Source of the DNA: Azolla caroliniana
Lineage: Eukaryota > Plantae > Polypodiophyta
Direction of reading: 5' to 3'
DNA length: 64,000 bases
NCBI GenBank assembly: GCA_043228905.1
Contig: JBHGNT010000018.1
Span: 1,798,001 to 1,862,000 of the forward strand
Position 1 is the first letter of the stretch. Each line of letters starts with the position of its first letter. The notes under the pieces were generated by a model, which saw only the letters and a program-made list of their open reading frames with translations, searched no databases and had not been told where the DNA came from. The position numbers and the translations under genes were made by a program. This document shows positions 13,601 to 26,838 of this stretch, one piece after another.

Positions 13601-14213
13601 TAGGGTTGGGCATGTCGGGATGCTGCGTGGCGGTGCTCGGGTGGGGATTCAAGGAGTGGACATGATGATGATCGAGGTCTTGCCGGAATAAGAGATTGCC
13701 GGCATTGTGGTCAGTGGCCACATTCGTGGGGGCGGTGCCCGGCATGGTATGGTTCGATAATTTGAAGAAGCTTGGGGGGACATGGTGATGGGGTGGGTGG
13801 GGCGCGGGCGGGGGGCCCGGCTGCGGCTGCGGGGCGGACAACTGGAGAAGGGGTGCTGTGCCTGCCTGGATTAACTGGAACTGATGGTGATGGTGATGGT
13901 GCTGAAGAATGTTCTGCGAGTAGCCGCTTCCGCCCGAATTCTGCATGTTTATATGGTCCACCCCGCCCCCGGGAGACTGCGATGATGCCGGAGCCGGAGC
14001 CGGAGCTTCGGGATCGTGAGAGGACAGTAAGATGCTATGGCCGGTTCCCGGCCCCGGCCCCCCGAACATGTTGAGCATATGCATGTGCTGCCCCGGCGGA
14101 GGAGCCGCCGCCCCATTACCCCTCCCTTGTCCTCGTAATCCTCCGCCATTGTACTGCACCTGCAAATTCATGTGTGGATCATGTTCCCCGTATCGATCCC
14201 CCGGCTGCTGCAT
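4605..14213 (-). CDS. GT-2/GTL1-type trihelix transcription factor, ~1049 aa, 3 coding exons
   Basis: Exon 1 14213-13360 ends WTADETAALITIRS...DELSR at AG|GTGTGC. Exon 2 9294-9200 reads KLEDMGYQKSPQECKEKLESLQNNYKQGNIDG, flanked by ACAG and GTTAGT. Exon 3 6805-4605 (alternative in-frame acceptor at 6832) has the coiled coil FFQKLSRQIIERQEDLHRAFLEAIEAKERER and the canonical C-terminal trihelix RRWPKAEVHALIRLR...LWQEIS...RSPKRCKEKWENINKYFKK...KTCPYFHQLD. Exon lengths 854+95+2201=3150 nt, in frame. Confidence 0.92.
10252..10432. repeat. Diverged tandem duplication, 2 x ~92 bp, trihelix intron 1
   Basis: CATT(G/A)ACTAAGAA(A/G)CCATTGGAAATGAGCTGAATTTAGTAAG starts at 10252 and again at 10344. Confidence 0.85.
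10579..10606 (+). promoter_or_regulatory. Paired L1-box / HD-ZIP IV-type motifs in trihelix intron 1
   Basis: GCATTAAATGCA at 10579 and GCATTAAATGTA at 10595 match the L1 box TAAATGYA. Function is untested. Confidence 0.35.
11393..11700. repeat. 3-copy ~105-115 bp tandem repeat, trihelix intron 1
   Basis: TTAACTAATTA...GTATGTAAT(C/T)CTTGTCTGCAGGAAAA...GGAAATA...GCAGAAAA recurs at ~11393, 11496 and 11612. Confidence 0.85.
12808..13283. repeat. ~47-bp minisatellite, ~11 units, about 75 bp inside the intron-1 donor of the trihelix gene
   Basis: Consensus AAAACAGCAGCTCCATCCAGATTAGGTTAAATAATCCGAAAAAGATT. AGATTAG cores at ~12808, 12851, 12893, 12941, 12987, 13035, 13083, 13130, 13177, 13224 and 13271. 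Confidence 0.95.
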
Positions 14214-15189
14214 CGCATGTAATGATGCTATGGAGGGCTCCGGTTAATTTACGCCGACAGTTCTCTTGTTAATCGCTCTCGCTAGCTCGGTCGGTCGGTT
14301 CGCCTAAATTGTATGAATGAAGGCTAAGGCTGCTTCTTCTTCTTCTTCTTTTTACAACGGAAGGATTTAGGGTTTTATCAGGGCTTCTGCAGTTGCTGAA
14401 GGATGGACTCTGCAGAAACCCTCATGAGAGGGGTATGCAGGTGTTAATTACACACCATTAAATTATGATGATTCGGGCTTATTAACCCAAAAAGAAAAGA
14501 AAAGAAAAAGGATTGAATTCGAACATAATTGTTGGCATTAGTATAATAGCAGCAGCAACAGCACCATCTCCTGCTTCATCATCACCGCCTACTACTGTCT
14601 GTTATCTATCATCTTGCTCCTCCTACTTGTCTCTGTTTATAGTGATTTTTTTGTTTTTGTTTTGTTCCAAAACAGACTTGACCATTAAAACTCGACCTAA
14701 AGTCTCATACGCTAGTTTCAAAGGAAATGTAGTGGGGGGGGGGGTAAGAAAAAGTCAGGAAGTAAGTATGGCAGCCTGCTGGGGTATGGATGGATGGATG
14801 GATGGATGGACTTACTACAAATGGGAGGAGATGGAAATGCAATCCTGAATCCATGTGAGCTGAAAACAAGGCGCCGCAGAGTAACTGCTGCAGCTTTCCT
14901 CTGCAGCTTCTGTTTTGCTTGGTTTTCTCATTTAATGGCGGTGCTGCTCTGTGTGTTTTTCTTCTTTTTTGAAATTACGAATGGGGGGGGAAGCACAGGA
15001 TTAGGGTTTCGACAGGAAGCCTGAGACAGAAACCCTAATTGGGGAGGGGGGATGGGTAAGCAAGGATTAAACGTTTTTCATGATGAAGTAATTAAAAGAA
15101 AAGAGTAGGGGGGGTGAAGATGGAGATCTTGGTGGGATGATGGCAAGAAGCATAATAGTATGTGAATTTATACATACCCATGACAATTG

Positions 15190-15369
15190 ACACATGTATG
15201 TGTACATACACATATGTACGCATGCACATGGACATGCACATGCACATGCATATGTATATATGTATCAGTATGCATGTATGTATGTATCAGTATGTATGTA
15301 TGTATGTATCAGTATGTTTGTATGTATGTATGTATGTATGGATGGATGGATGGATGGATGGATGGATGG

Positions 15370-15410
<41 letters not shown>
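15190..15410. repeat. Compound microsatellite (CACATG)n-(TATG)n-(GATG)n-(TG)n upstream of the trihelix ATG
   Basis: Directly visible simple repeats. They generate several spurious ORFs in the track. Confidence 0.9.
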
Positions 15411-15411
<1 letters not shown>

Positions 15412-16198
15412 GTGAGAATTAGAAGCTTTTGATGGTTTTGGTGAGAGCAGAGTAAAGAAGAGGAATGAAGAAGAAGAAAATCTGAAGAAGAAGAAGAAGA
15501 AAGTCTGAAGAAGAAGAATGAATGAATGAATGAAGAAGAAGAGAAGTATTAGAAATCCATTCAGCGTCACACATTAAAGTTTATCAGCTTCTTTCATTAA
15601 AATCAATTCCAGGGAATAAATAATATACATATCTATCTATATGTATGTATGTATGTATATGAAAATAAATGGGGGAATTTTATAAATTAAAAGAAAAAGG
15701 AGGTTTTTTTATGTTCTGCTTTTTTGTCTGAATAAGTTTTTATTTATTTGTTTTATTGAAATCCTTTTCTTTTCCTTCTTTTTTGTTTGGGTGTCCTTTT
15801 GGGTGTTTTTTGGGGGTGTCTGGACTCTGGATGGTCTGGTCAAAATCCTAGTGGGTGGGTGGATGGCCGCTTTCACACTGTCCAACGCCCAAACGAACCC
15901 ACCCACTTAACTACTACTACTACTACTACTACCTCATTAGAGAGACACCCTTCCCTTGGTCCTTGGTCAAATAACCTTGTCCATTTGTTTATCATTTTTT
16001 GTCGATCTTTCATGTTTGTTATGCATTATGCATATGTATAGATAGATAGCCATAGGTGTTTGTAGTGCATGTACAAATCCAATCGCTTAGTCTCTATCAA
16101 TTTCCCGTGGTCTCTCCTTCTGACCTTTTCTAAAGCCTCTCTATCTATCTATCTATTATATCTATAAATTGATAGATAGATAGATTGATAATGCTCAA

Positions 16199-16240
<42 letters not shown>

Positions 16241-17635
16241 ACCGTCTATTGGAGTGGCTAGGAGTTGGGTCACGAGGGTCAACATTCTCCTTGCCTCCAA
16301 TCCACACATGTCACAATACACAAACATAAAATGCAACCGTATTCATACAAAATTCCCTCCCTCCCTCCTTTTCTTTCAATCATTTCCCACGTCATGAAAA
16401 TAACTTCATTCGTTGGGACCGATCGATTGCTATCGAGAAAAAGGCTAGCTTATCTCCCTCAATGATACAATAAAGCCAATAAACCAAATGATGGTGGGAT
16501 ATTTGTGAAGCCTCTAATTATGCTAGCTTCCTTGGGGCAACTCATGTCCAAGAAAACACATATTCCATGCATGGATCCAAGATCACTAATAAAAGTTCAT
16601 CAGGATTTCCTTCTTACATCCATGCATACACAAGAACTTTTAGGATATTTTTCCATGGTGGGGAAAGACCATAATTTAGCCTATAGTAGTCCTAGTTTGC
16701 TTCTGATCTCTATTAACTTCTATGGATGAGTTGGTTCCATGTTGTGAGGTTCAAAGAGTGATGGAATGCAAGGGCTACAAACAAGAAAGTATGAGATATT
16801 TTCCCATGAGGGAAAGTTCCTTCATGTTTCCTCTCAAAATAGCGTGTAACAATGATGTGTTGGGCAAAAAGTTACAGTGAGGAGAGGCATGGTGGGGACC
16901 AAGACAAAAAACAAGAAGGTTTAGATTTTTGCTCATGTGGGAAAGATCACACTTCCTCTATAACCATGTTTCCATGATGTGCTTGACATTAGGAACTCTT
17001 GTAGCTCTCTAAGGCTTGCATTAGGGATCGTTTATGTAAACCTTCTATGTACATCACGTGTATTGAAGTCCTAATTTAAACACGACTTACTTTTTGGGAT
17101 TATCAATCATGAACAAAATGCATCCTTTTCTTATTCATCCATGTATATTACCCCCCTTTAAACGATACTCGTATGTATGTAAATAATTAATTATGTATTA
17201 AGAAAAGTCTTTAAGATCCCTATCTGATGATCACCTCACGTGTTATGGTGACATGTTTTCAAGTAAGCCCCATGGGCTCCATCTATCAAGCTAATTAGGT
17301 GCGACCAAGGGGGGATGTGTTAGCGTGATGAGCTTTGTCATGCGATGATTCGCTTGGTACATCCTAGCTACATACGTTCATGAGCATTAAGAGGGCTTAT
17401 CGATCCCCCTCCCCTTTGTGGGACCAGATGGAAGGTTGTAATGATAGTTCCGAATCTCCAACATGAGAATCATAGTGTGAAAAAAATGTTTTAACTTCCA
17501 AGACTTGCCGTGCTTCTCTCACCAGGTTGTCTATTTTAACGCATTAAAGGCTTGGAGAATCCTCTACAAATCCATTTGTAATCTATGAAGAGATGAAAGC
17601 TACTTAGTTTATTCTTCTTGTTCATATTAAAGAGC

Positions 17636-17685
<50 letters not shown>

Positions 17686-19389
17686 GGCACCAAAAAGTAA
17701 GCAAGCTTTTGGGAACGAATTTGTGGGTCATGTGGGTCCTCAATACATGATTGCATACATGTATACATGCCTTCCTTGGTTGAATGATAACAACAAGAAG
17801 AATACATAATATTGTCATTGAAACCATTGTAAAAAGTCCTCAATAGAACGAATCCCAAATTTTCACTTTGAGTTTTCTTTCTCTTGAAAATTAAGTATAC
17901 GTATATGCTTATCAAGTTTTCAAAATCACGAAAGAAGAAAAACTCATGGATCGGGTTATAATGGAAACAAGTTTCGCATTAGAGAAAAGAGGCCATACAT
18001 AGAATGGCGTATTGGGAATCATAAAAATCTAGTACATTTGGAAAACTAATATTATGTGGTAACCCGTAGTAGTACATATACATATGCACACACAAGTTGG
18101 CAAGTGACAATCTCATGAATTAATGAGACTCTTGAGAAGTTTTTTTTTTCACATTTCCAAAGGTCAAATTTCCAAGGTTCTTCTCAACCCAAATATCATT
18201 ACCCTTCCCTAAGTTCCACACACACACCCCAACATTTAGTGTTGCATTATTTATGTTTTCCGATGCTAGTATTGTTTGTTCACCCAAGGAGTGTAGCTTA
18301 GATGTGCCTTATGTGACTCCTATGCCACAATCATCCATGCTTTCCATTGCTTTCAGATCAATATTGAATTGGTTGGGAATGTATAACCTTAGCTTGTGTA
18401 TGGATGCGTGAGTTGGGGGTTTTGAGTTTGGGTTACAAGGGTGATCAAGTGTATGAAAAGAAAATAGTGTTTATGGGTTTCGCTAGTGGCAACAAACTTA
18501 AATTGAAGGTGGTTCCCATGACATGACAAGCCAACAATGTTTAGGGAAAAAAAGATATCCTCATTTACGAAAATAGATCATTGGATTAATGAACACTAGG
18601 AAAGACCTATAAAAAATACACATGTTTTCTAGTAAGTTTGTGCTCTATGTTTTTTGTATTTAATCTCGAAATTTCTTAATCTTTCTTTCATACATGGGTA
18701 TTTTCCAACCATTGCCAATGAACATTACTCAAATGACATCAATGTCAAGGCGGACAATATGGAGGGAAGCTTAGAATATAGCATTGACAAATGCACATGA
18801 AATGTGAGGTAATTGCATGATATGTCACATACCCACTTGACATGTAAGTAAAAGGTGGCATGATAACAACCTTAGAATAACTTCATCTTGTACATTTAGT
18901 GAGCACAACTACGCCCAAGGCCATGACTCTCACATATGTTAACAAGAATATTGTACTATGACTACCATATTCCATGTCAATTTTGTAAGTTGTACAATCC
19001 CTGGCAAGATTTACAAATGTTGATGCATTTCATGTCCTATTCATGTACATAATTGCTCACATTAATGGCCCAAAGAGATTAGATTTAAGAATATGCATCA
19101 TGAAAACTGAAGAGCAATATTTTAATAGTTACTATAAATTAGGCCCCTCCACTTAGACATATATACATTCACCGTTATGATGGCAATTGTAGAGTGGTCG
19201 CAATGTAGCTAACCACAACGAATATGAATTGAAGATATGTGAACGGGAATGCAACAATGTATAAATTTTCTGTATTCACACAACCAAACTAAATAGCTAG
19301 TGGCAGTGTACTCACATCGTTAGCCTATATTTAAGTATCCATAATGTAAACATTAGACTAACTTTTGGGCCGCATAAGAGTGTCCATGT

Positions 19390-19433
<44 letters not shown>

Positions 19434-20620
19434 GAAACATAAAACAAACGGAATAAAGAAAGACTTTTCTTCCTTTTCCGTGAAAATGGATACAATTTGG
19501 AGAATTTAAGGAGTGACAAATGATACACCATAAAGCTATACCATGTTACGTGAAAATATATTTAATTACAGGTGTATCACTCCCTTGAAACCTAGTGTGC
19601 GGATTTTAGAAACTCATGTGGCATACAATTGTATTAAACATCATCTATGTCTTAATATCTTAGAAATGTCTAAATAAGATCACACCCTGTCTTATGTTAT
19701 GGGTTTTAAAGGTTAAGAAAGAATTACAATTTGTATCATGAGATACAAGCTTTATTTATACACTCACCCATTATACTTTGTCTTTGGTTTCTTTAGAGCT
19801 TGATATTAAGGACTTGTATTTGAAATGCATGCATATCTTAGTAATCTTGATAGAAGGTGAAGGGATGCCAAACAACCTTCATGCAAAGTGTGTAGGTGAT
19901 CCCAAATATGTATATCACCTTTGCACAAGGAAAGCAAAGTATTACTTATTACTATAACCAAAGCACATAGCTAGGAGAAATGTCAATTGGACAATTGATA
20001 TTTGTTATGGATGCATCCCTCTAAATTTGTTGCTTCGCAAGCTTTACTACATTGTAGTGCAAGTGAACAAATACGATCATGAGGATATGCATGACATTCA
20101 GAGACTACCCATACAATGGTAAGAGAAAATAGAGACTCTTTAGATATTTTATTTTGTGAGAAGAACAAATCCTTAGAAGATGTAAAAGTAAAGAGGTCTG
20201 CCTACAAAGAACCATTCGAGGAATTGGGGAGAAACTATCTCAAAATTGCAAAAGACGGAACAAACTAGAGGTTGTCGTAGAAGAAAATACCTTGATCTAC
20301 TACAAAGCTATGTGCTTAGAGATTGATCCTTACGTGTCCCCCAAGGCGTGATGCCTCATTTTTCATGCAATGTGGTACTTACGAATCGATAAGAGTATTA
20401 TCTGACTTCAATAAGTTGTATAATATAAAAAACCCTTGAACTAAGGTTCTATAAAGCTATTTTTGAGACTAATTGAAATGGCAGAACTCATGCAATAATA
20501 TTTGAAAATTTCCCCTTCATAAACAAAGTATTTGATTATATTTAGTTTTTTATTGCATTCTTGCCACATTCATCTCGCCTTATGTGACTTGGTCATTATT
20601 GCACCTTTAAAATAACATTT

Positions 20621-20812
20621 CCGAGTGTTGGCATAGAAGAACATTATTATGTATGCATGACGTCCTCCAAATGTGGTGGAACTAATGTTCACACAAGAAG
20701 AGATTTGACAAGCTACCAAGTGTGTTGCCATAGAAAAAACATTACAATGTTCACATGATGTCCTTCAAATGTGGTTGATACAATGTTCAACCAAAAACGA
20801 ATTGCCAAGCTA
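20621..20812. repeat. Diverged tandem duplication, 2 x ~96 bp
   Basis: GTGTTG(G/C)CATAGAA..AACATTA...CATGA(C/T)GTCCT(C/T)CAAATGTGGT...AATGTTCA...CAAGCTAC occurs twice. Confidence 0.7.
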
Positions 20813-22174
20813 CACAAGAAACACTATCAAATTTTCCTTCATATTAATATAGCGCCATGTGCAAAACAAGGATTATAAACTACAAAGGCCTGACATCAAG
20901 TTTCACAAGGCATTATATGGAAAGTTTTGAAGGAAGTGAAACATGTGTGCTTGACAATCTAGGAGGCATATTTCCACTAGATTGTATGCTTTGTATACGC
21001 TTATTGGATTGGTAATGGAAACTAAGGTGTAGTTTTGAAATAATAATAATAATAATACCTCTTTATTGCTCTTTGTCAAACCCAAAAAAGGAGAAAATGC
21101 ATTCTATGGCAAGGACATTTAGGATTTTTAGCACACTTCAACATATGGGCTTGAGGCAAAAATGCAAATGTTTTGTCGAATTGCATTAATGAACATATAA
21201 ATCAATCGTTTACATAGCCAAAATTAAGAATAAGATACAAGAAAAACTTGCAATAGTACAATTATAGTTGTTATAGACACAACTACGAGGAAGAATATAC
21301 TCACCAACTAATGTCTAACATGTTTTATGGCTCAGAAAAGTTAATAGAAGTGGACAAGTGTGATGGTTGATCAACATTCCTTAGACGTTGATATCAGACC
21401 AAGAAAATGTTGAGGCCCTTGATAGCTTGCTTTGATAGTGATGGCTTGTCTTCGAGTTCTTTATGTTGTTGAACTCTTTTGTATCTATACTCAAATAGTT
21501 GATTATTAAACTCTTATACTCCTAATCCCATTGTGTATGATATATGATAAACCAAATAGATGACCAATGTGAAAATTATGGCATTCCCAAATACCCTAAA
21601 TTGATTTTGGGCAAGGATTACTCTTTCAACATTCCATGAGCCAACCATATATCCTTCTAGATATCATGACAAAACCTTAAACTCTAACGAGAGATTTCAC
21701 TACTATATTGAGTTGTTATAGTCACTTCTACTCTGGTGGAATTACTAGAAATGTTGGAAACTAATGTTAGAAGACTAGATTTAAACTTTCTTTGCACTGT
21801 TGTTGAAAATTCTAACACTTTGCTTCTGTTAGAAAAGTAGATATAACAAAGTGTCATCAGAATGTCGAGCTCTGTAGATGTTAACACCTAGCACTTCTAA
21901 AAACATGCCAAGGATTTGGATACCTCATTTTTCTCTAAGATAGTGAAACCGTTGAAGAAATAGTTAACCTTTTTAGTAAGTAAATGCGTAAATTTCTAAT
22001 ATCTCACTAAGTGAAGATAATTCTACACTATTTCATAAATGCTAGAACTTCCAACAATTTTAACAAATTGTACTCAAGGGTTGTTAAGTATTTGTTCGAC
22101 GTCTCACATCTGATGCTCTAGTCCAGGAATACACTAAAGACTCTTTATATATAGAGAGGTTATATATATATATA

Positions 22175-23091
22175 TGAGCATCCATAGAGAGGCCAATATT
22201 GACCAATAGGACGTAAGTAATAAAGTTATCTTGATGTGTGTTTCCTTCCTAAGAAGGGATATTCATACTTTGAAGCACCAAGTCTCGATGTGAATAAATA
22301 TGAGCTCAACCTTGTAGATGTTCTCTTTAGTGTGATACTCAAGTCATCGCCCCCTGTTAATATATCATCATAATTTTCATGAATTGCACCATAATATGCA
22401 AAGGATGTAAAAAGCAAGTGATGTTCATCCTCCATTAACCCTTGCATACCTTACATGCTTTTATATTTGGTTGATTTTGATTCCATAATGCAACTTCAAT
22501 ACCTAGGTTGTGTGATCGATGTGTTAGGGCTCTACTAGAGTTAATACTCATGTTAGTAATGAGGTAAGGCTGAATACGATCAATAGGCCTTCTTGCCTTA
22601 TATGGAACCTAACATTCACGATTGATGTTTGCAATGTAATATTCTAATTTTGTCCATTTAGCATATTTCCACTTCTTCCTTAGTGGGTCCATTAACTTTC
22701 CTCAATGATTACATATTTCGGAGCATCACTTGAAAAGCTCTAGGAGATCTTCCACATCCCATCTTTTGAACCATTTTTTTATGTCAACTACCCAACCAGA
22801 TGAGAAAATTGTTCTCTTGTGATTCTTTTGTAACTCACATCCAACATTCCAAGCAAGATGTGGTAATCTATGATTTGGCATATTCTTGACTTTTTTAATG
22901 CATATAAATACTCTTTGTAGCACCATATCTCTATTGGCCGAACACTTGTTTCCAAAAGCATAACTTGATAGGGGGTGGTGGATTTAACTCCCAATTGTCT
23001 CCTTAAACCATCATTTGAATCTTCTCAATCCCATTCCATGCATTAAGAGAGATAGTGTCTCCCCACACTTCTACTCCATACAACAAAACTT
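22175..23091 (-). mobile_element. RTE-like non-LTR retrotransposon, 3' part (degenerate)
   Basis: Reads VLLYGVEVWGDTISLNAWNGIEKIQ...LGVKSTTPYQVMLLETSVRPIE, then a degenerate C-terminal ...EDEHHLLF motif. Ends near a (TA)n tract at ~22146-22174. Confidence 0.75.
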
Positions 23092-24300
23092 CTTCTTTTT
23101 TAAAGAAAGATGCATCCTAGTATATTACTTGAGAACTGTACTTAGAGAAAACAAAAGGAGACTTTCATCTCTAACACTTCTATCGTGATACAAAGGCTAG
23201 TATAAGCATTTGATCAAATAAATGATGCCATATATGAAACAAGTGGAGTAATAACTACAAGCTATGCAGTAGAAAAGAAGGTATGGTATAATTCCACTTC
23301 AGAACAGAGTTGTATCTGAAAATAAGTGAAGCCCTTGCCATCGTTTCTTAAAGGCCACTTGACGTTGCCATAGAACATCAATTGAACCCTACAGATCATC
23401 ATATTGACCACATATTGTGTGGACAAATAACATCCAAAATTCAATAAGCATGGTGCGGAGATGTATGTGACCATTGTTAAAAACATCACATCTCGCTTTC
23501 CATAGTATCCAAATAGCCAACGACGTAATAGTACACCAAATAGCCAGATTTTCAATTCTAAACCGTCGAACAAAAGATGGAAATGAGGTGAGATAGAGGT
23601 GTCCATGGGAAAAGTGAAAGACATGAGAAACATGTGTACTTTCATACCTCAAAACATCTCTATAAAGGACACCTCATAATATTGTACCCCAAGAGAAAAT
23701 AGAACGAGAATAATGTTGTCCCAGCAATAAAAACAACTTACCTAAAATTGCTTGATCCTAGGACATAGCCAAAATGCAAAATAGATTCCATAGGTGCACT
23801 ACAATGCATTCCTCAATGCAGCAATAGGACGAGCATAATGCATCAAAAACCAACGAAAACAAATAACATTTTTCAGCAACTGCATACTCCACAACCATTT
23901 CCAAAATTTGACAAGTTCCAATGCATGCACATTATTCGCAATCCAATTCTTCATGTCAGTAGGGCATTTATACTTTGATTGCAACAACAAATTTCTATTT
24001 AGCTTAACCGAGTATTGGAAAAACCCCAAATGTTTACCATTTCCACCAATACTCAACTTTTTCAATTGATAATCAGTTGGATCCCAATCCAAATTGTAAA
24101 ATGGCTTTTTTTGAAAAACCCACAATGAGCAACACAACAAGCATTCTTGAAAGGGTGGATCCAAAAACCATTTTTACACGGATCATGCAACTACTCGAAT
24201 AGCCAAAACATTGGCTGACGTCCACACATCCGATGCAGAAAATACATGCCACAACCTACCATCTTCATCCACATTAAAGTATATAGCATCACCCCTAGTG

Positions 24301-26838
24301 TTTTTTTTTTATTATAAAATATTTTCTTCAATAGTATTAAGAATAAAACGCTCGAAGGCTACAACTTGAACCTAGTTACCAAGGAGGTTACAACTTTTCC
24401 TATACAATGTTGTAAAATACAAGGATGTTTACATTTGTTGATATTTAAGAAAGAGTCCATGGAAGTCGATATTGCCAAGTAGGTTCTTGAGTTGACATTG
24501 TAAATAGGGGCACCTTTTTCCATAAGTGAAGAAGCTTTTTCCTTTTCTTGTTCACAGTATATGGGGAACCCTGCATATTGTCATACTGCCAGCAAGTTCT
24601 CCCATATCTCAAACAGCACATCTGAGAGATGAATGTCTACCCCACCATAAAGTCAGTTACATCGATATTTCCATAATGCCCATAATGTTATTGTGGTCAC
24701 AGTTTTCCAAATTTGGACAGATCGCACCTGCTTGTAAGGTTGCTGGAAGGGACTAACTAATATCAATCTTCTATTATGTATTGTCATTGCCTCATGAACA
24801 TCGTTTGCCTCATACAACATCAAGGCAGAGTGTAATACTCCCCACATCGCTAATCCCCATGAGAATAGGCAACCTACATTGATTGTTAGGAATAAAGACG
24901 TGACTTTCTTCCATACTTGTTGAGCAAAAGAACAAGACCATAGGACATGCTTGGTAGTCTCTTGAGGTTCCTAGCAAAAGCCACATTGCCGCAAATTGGG
25001 TGCTACATTCCCTTTCAATGAATGACCAACGGGTAGTGCCATATGCACTGATAACCACCGAAAGAGAATAAATTTAGTTGGCCCCTTGAATGACCATATC
25101 CATTTCCAATAGGTTCTCAAATGCAAAGTGGAAACACCCCAATTGGTCCAATGTTTCTGAGCTGCTGGTATCGTTACATTCTGAGAGAGTAGTAATGATC
25201 TTCCAAGTTTTATTGAGTATTGAAAGAAGGGGACCTTTACGATCTTTTCCCCCAAGGAGTATGACCAAAGCCAACCCCCCGGATCCCATGTTAATCTTGC
25301 AACAGGATCTTTTGTGTATAGCCACAGGATATCACACATATGAGCAACTGATGGATAAGGATCAAGGATCCATTTCTTTCCAGTTTTAGCAACCACTCTA
25401 ACTGGTGCACTTCGCAAGTCCTATAGATAACTGCAATCAAAGGTATGAGATTGCAATCTATTGTTGTCTAGGACCTCAAAATAAGAAATGCACCCATTAG
25501 GTGAAACGCCTTTAACAGCCATTAATGTATCATTTGTGAAGCATCCAGACCATAGATGTTCTTGGCTAGGTTGGAAGGTTGTAAAAAGCAAATAATATGT
25601 TGTTGATAAGGTGGCCGTCATTATCTTGGCACCATGAACTAATTGTAGATGTGCCAGTCGATCTTCTTGCGGCATTTGTTGAAAATGAGTCCAAGTTCTT
25701 ACAGATGCAGTTGGCCCATTATCCAATTTACCCCAAACAAGGTGAGTACGCAGGCCCAATACTTTTCCTGCATTATCCCAAAATAGAGAATTGGCAAGCA
25801 AAGGTTGATTAAGTAATGCATCCCAAGTAGAAGGTTTGTCCTGTAGCAAAAATGATTTAATCGCATCCCACGCTCTTATGATTCCTAGCAAAAATCTATT
25901 GGATGCAAGATTCCTCCTTGGCGTTTTCATGTCATTCAAGAACAACCACTTTAGAGAGGGTGACCATGCTCCTCCTGTCTTAGGAGTTAACTGCATTAAC
26001 TGATTTAAAAACATTCCTTTCCAAGCTTCTGATCCTGGCAACAAACCTCTGATAACAAACTTAGTCAAGAGAGATCTTGACTGCATCAAAGGATCTATCA
26101 AACCCAACCCTCCATTGATTTTAGGTTGAATCAACACATTCCAAGCAACTTTGGCTACTGTAGGAGAGCCATGTTTTCCCCCCCAAAGGAAATTCCAGAT
26201 CAAGCTTTGCACTTTTTGTTATTGTTGATCTAGAAAATAGCCACACAGATGCTATAAACCACATTGATGCCAATAGTATTGTGTTTGCTACCACAACCCG
26301 ACCTGCAAAAGACAATTGTTGGGCATCCCAATACAATAATTTACGTTTTAATGATAATAGTAACGGAGATAACATTGCTTCTGAACTTAAATCTATTCCA
26401 ACCATACATCCCAAATATCAAATTGGCTCACCACGATGAAGCCATCGGAAAGCAGGACCTGGATACAACTCAGGATGAGTTTCTGCACCCACCCAAAGGC
26501 CAACCAACTTATTCCAGTTAAGTGATGCACCTGTAACATCTGAGAAAACCTGCAAAGCATTTTGTACTCGACCAAGATTACCAATCTCCCCGTCAACATA
26601 GAGGGTTGTATCACCTGCAAACTCAACATCCACTATAGTGGACTATGTAATAGGTAATACTATGCCTTTGATACCAGCAGTTGACAATCTTAGGTAGGAG
26701 GACAAGGCTTCCCCAAACAAGATAAAAAGAAATGGGGCAAGAGGGCATCCTTGCCTAACTGACCTGGAGATAGGAAATAGCGTCCCATATTCTTGTGCAA
26801 ACAAAATTGAACTAGAAGCATGCCTATAAAGGGATGAC
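24301..26838 (-). mobile_element. 5'-truncated L1-like LINE 'B' nested in LINE A
   Basis: TSD GCATCACCCCTAGTG(TT) at 24286-24300 and 26839-26853, with poly-T (poly-A tail) at 24301-24310. Starts mid-RT (SLYRHASS..RQGCPLAPFLF..EFAGDT), followed by FLWGG..KVAW..GGLGL and a zf-RVT-like CGFC. Frameshifted. Confidence 0.92.

Noticed and set aside
15162-17915. ORFs such as MYVCMYV, VCVCVC, ERERER and SLSLSL
   Set aside because: They are translations of microsatellites.
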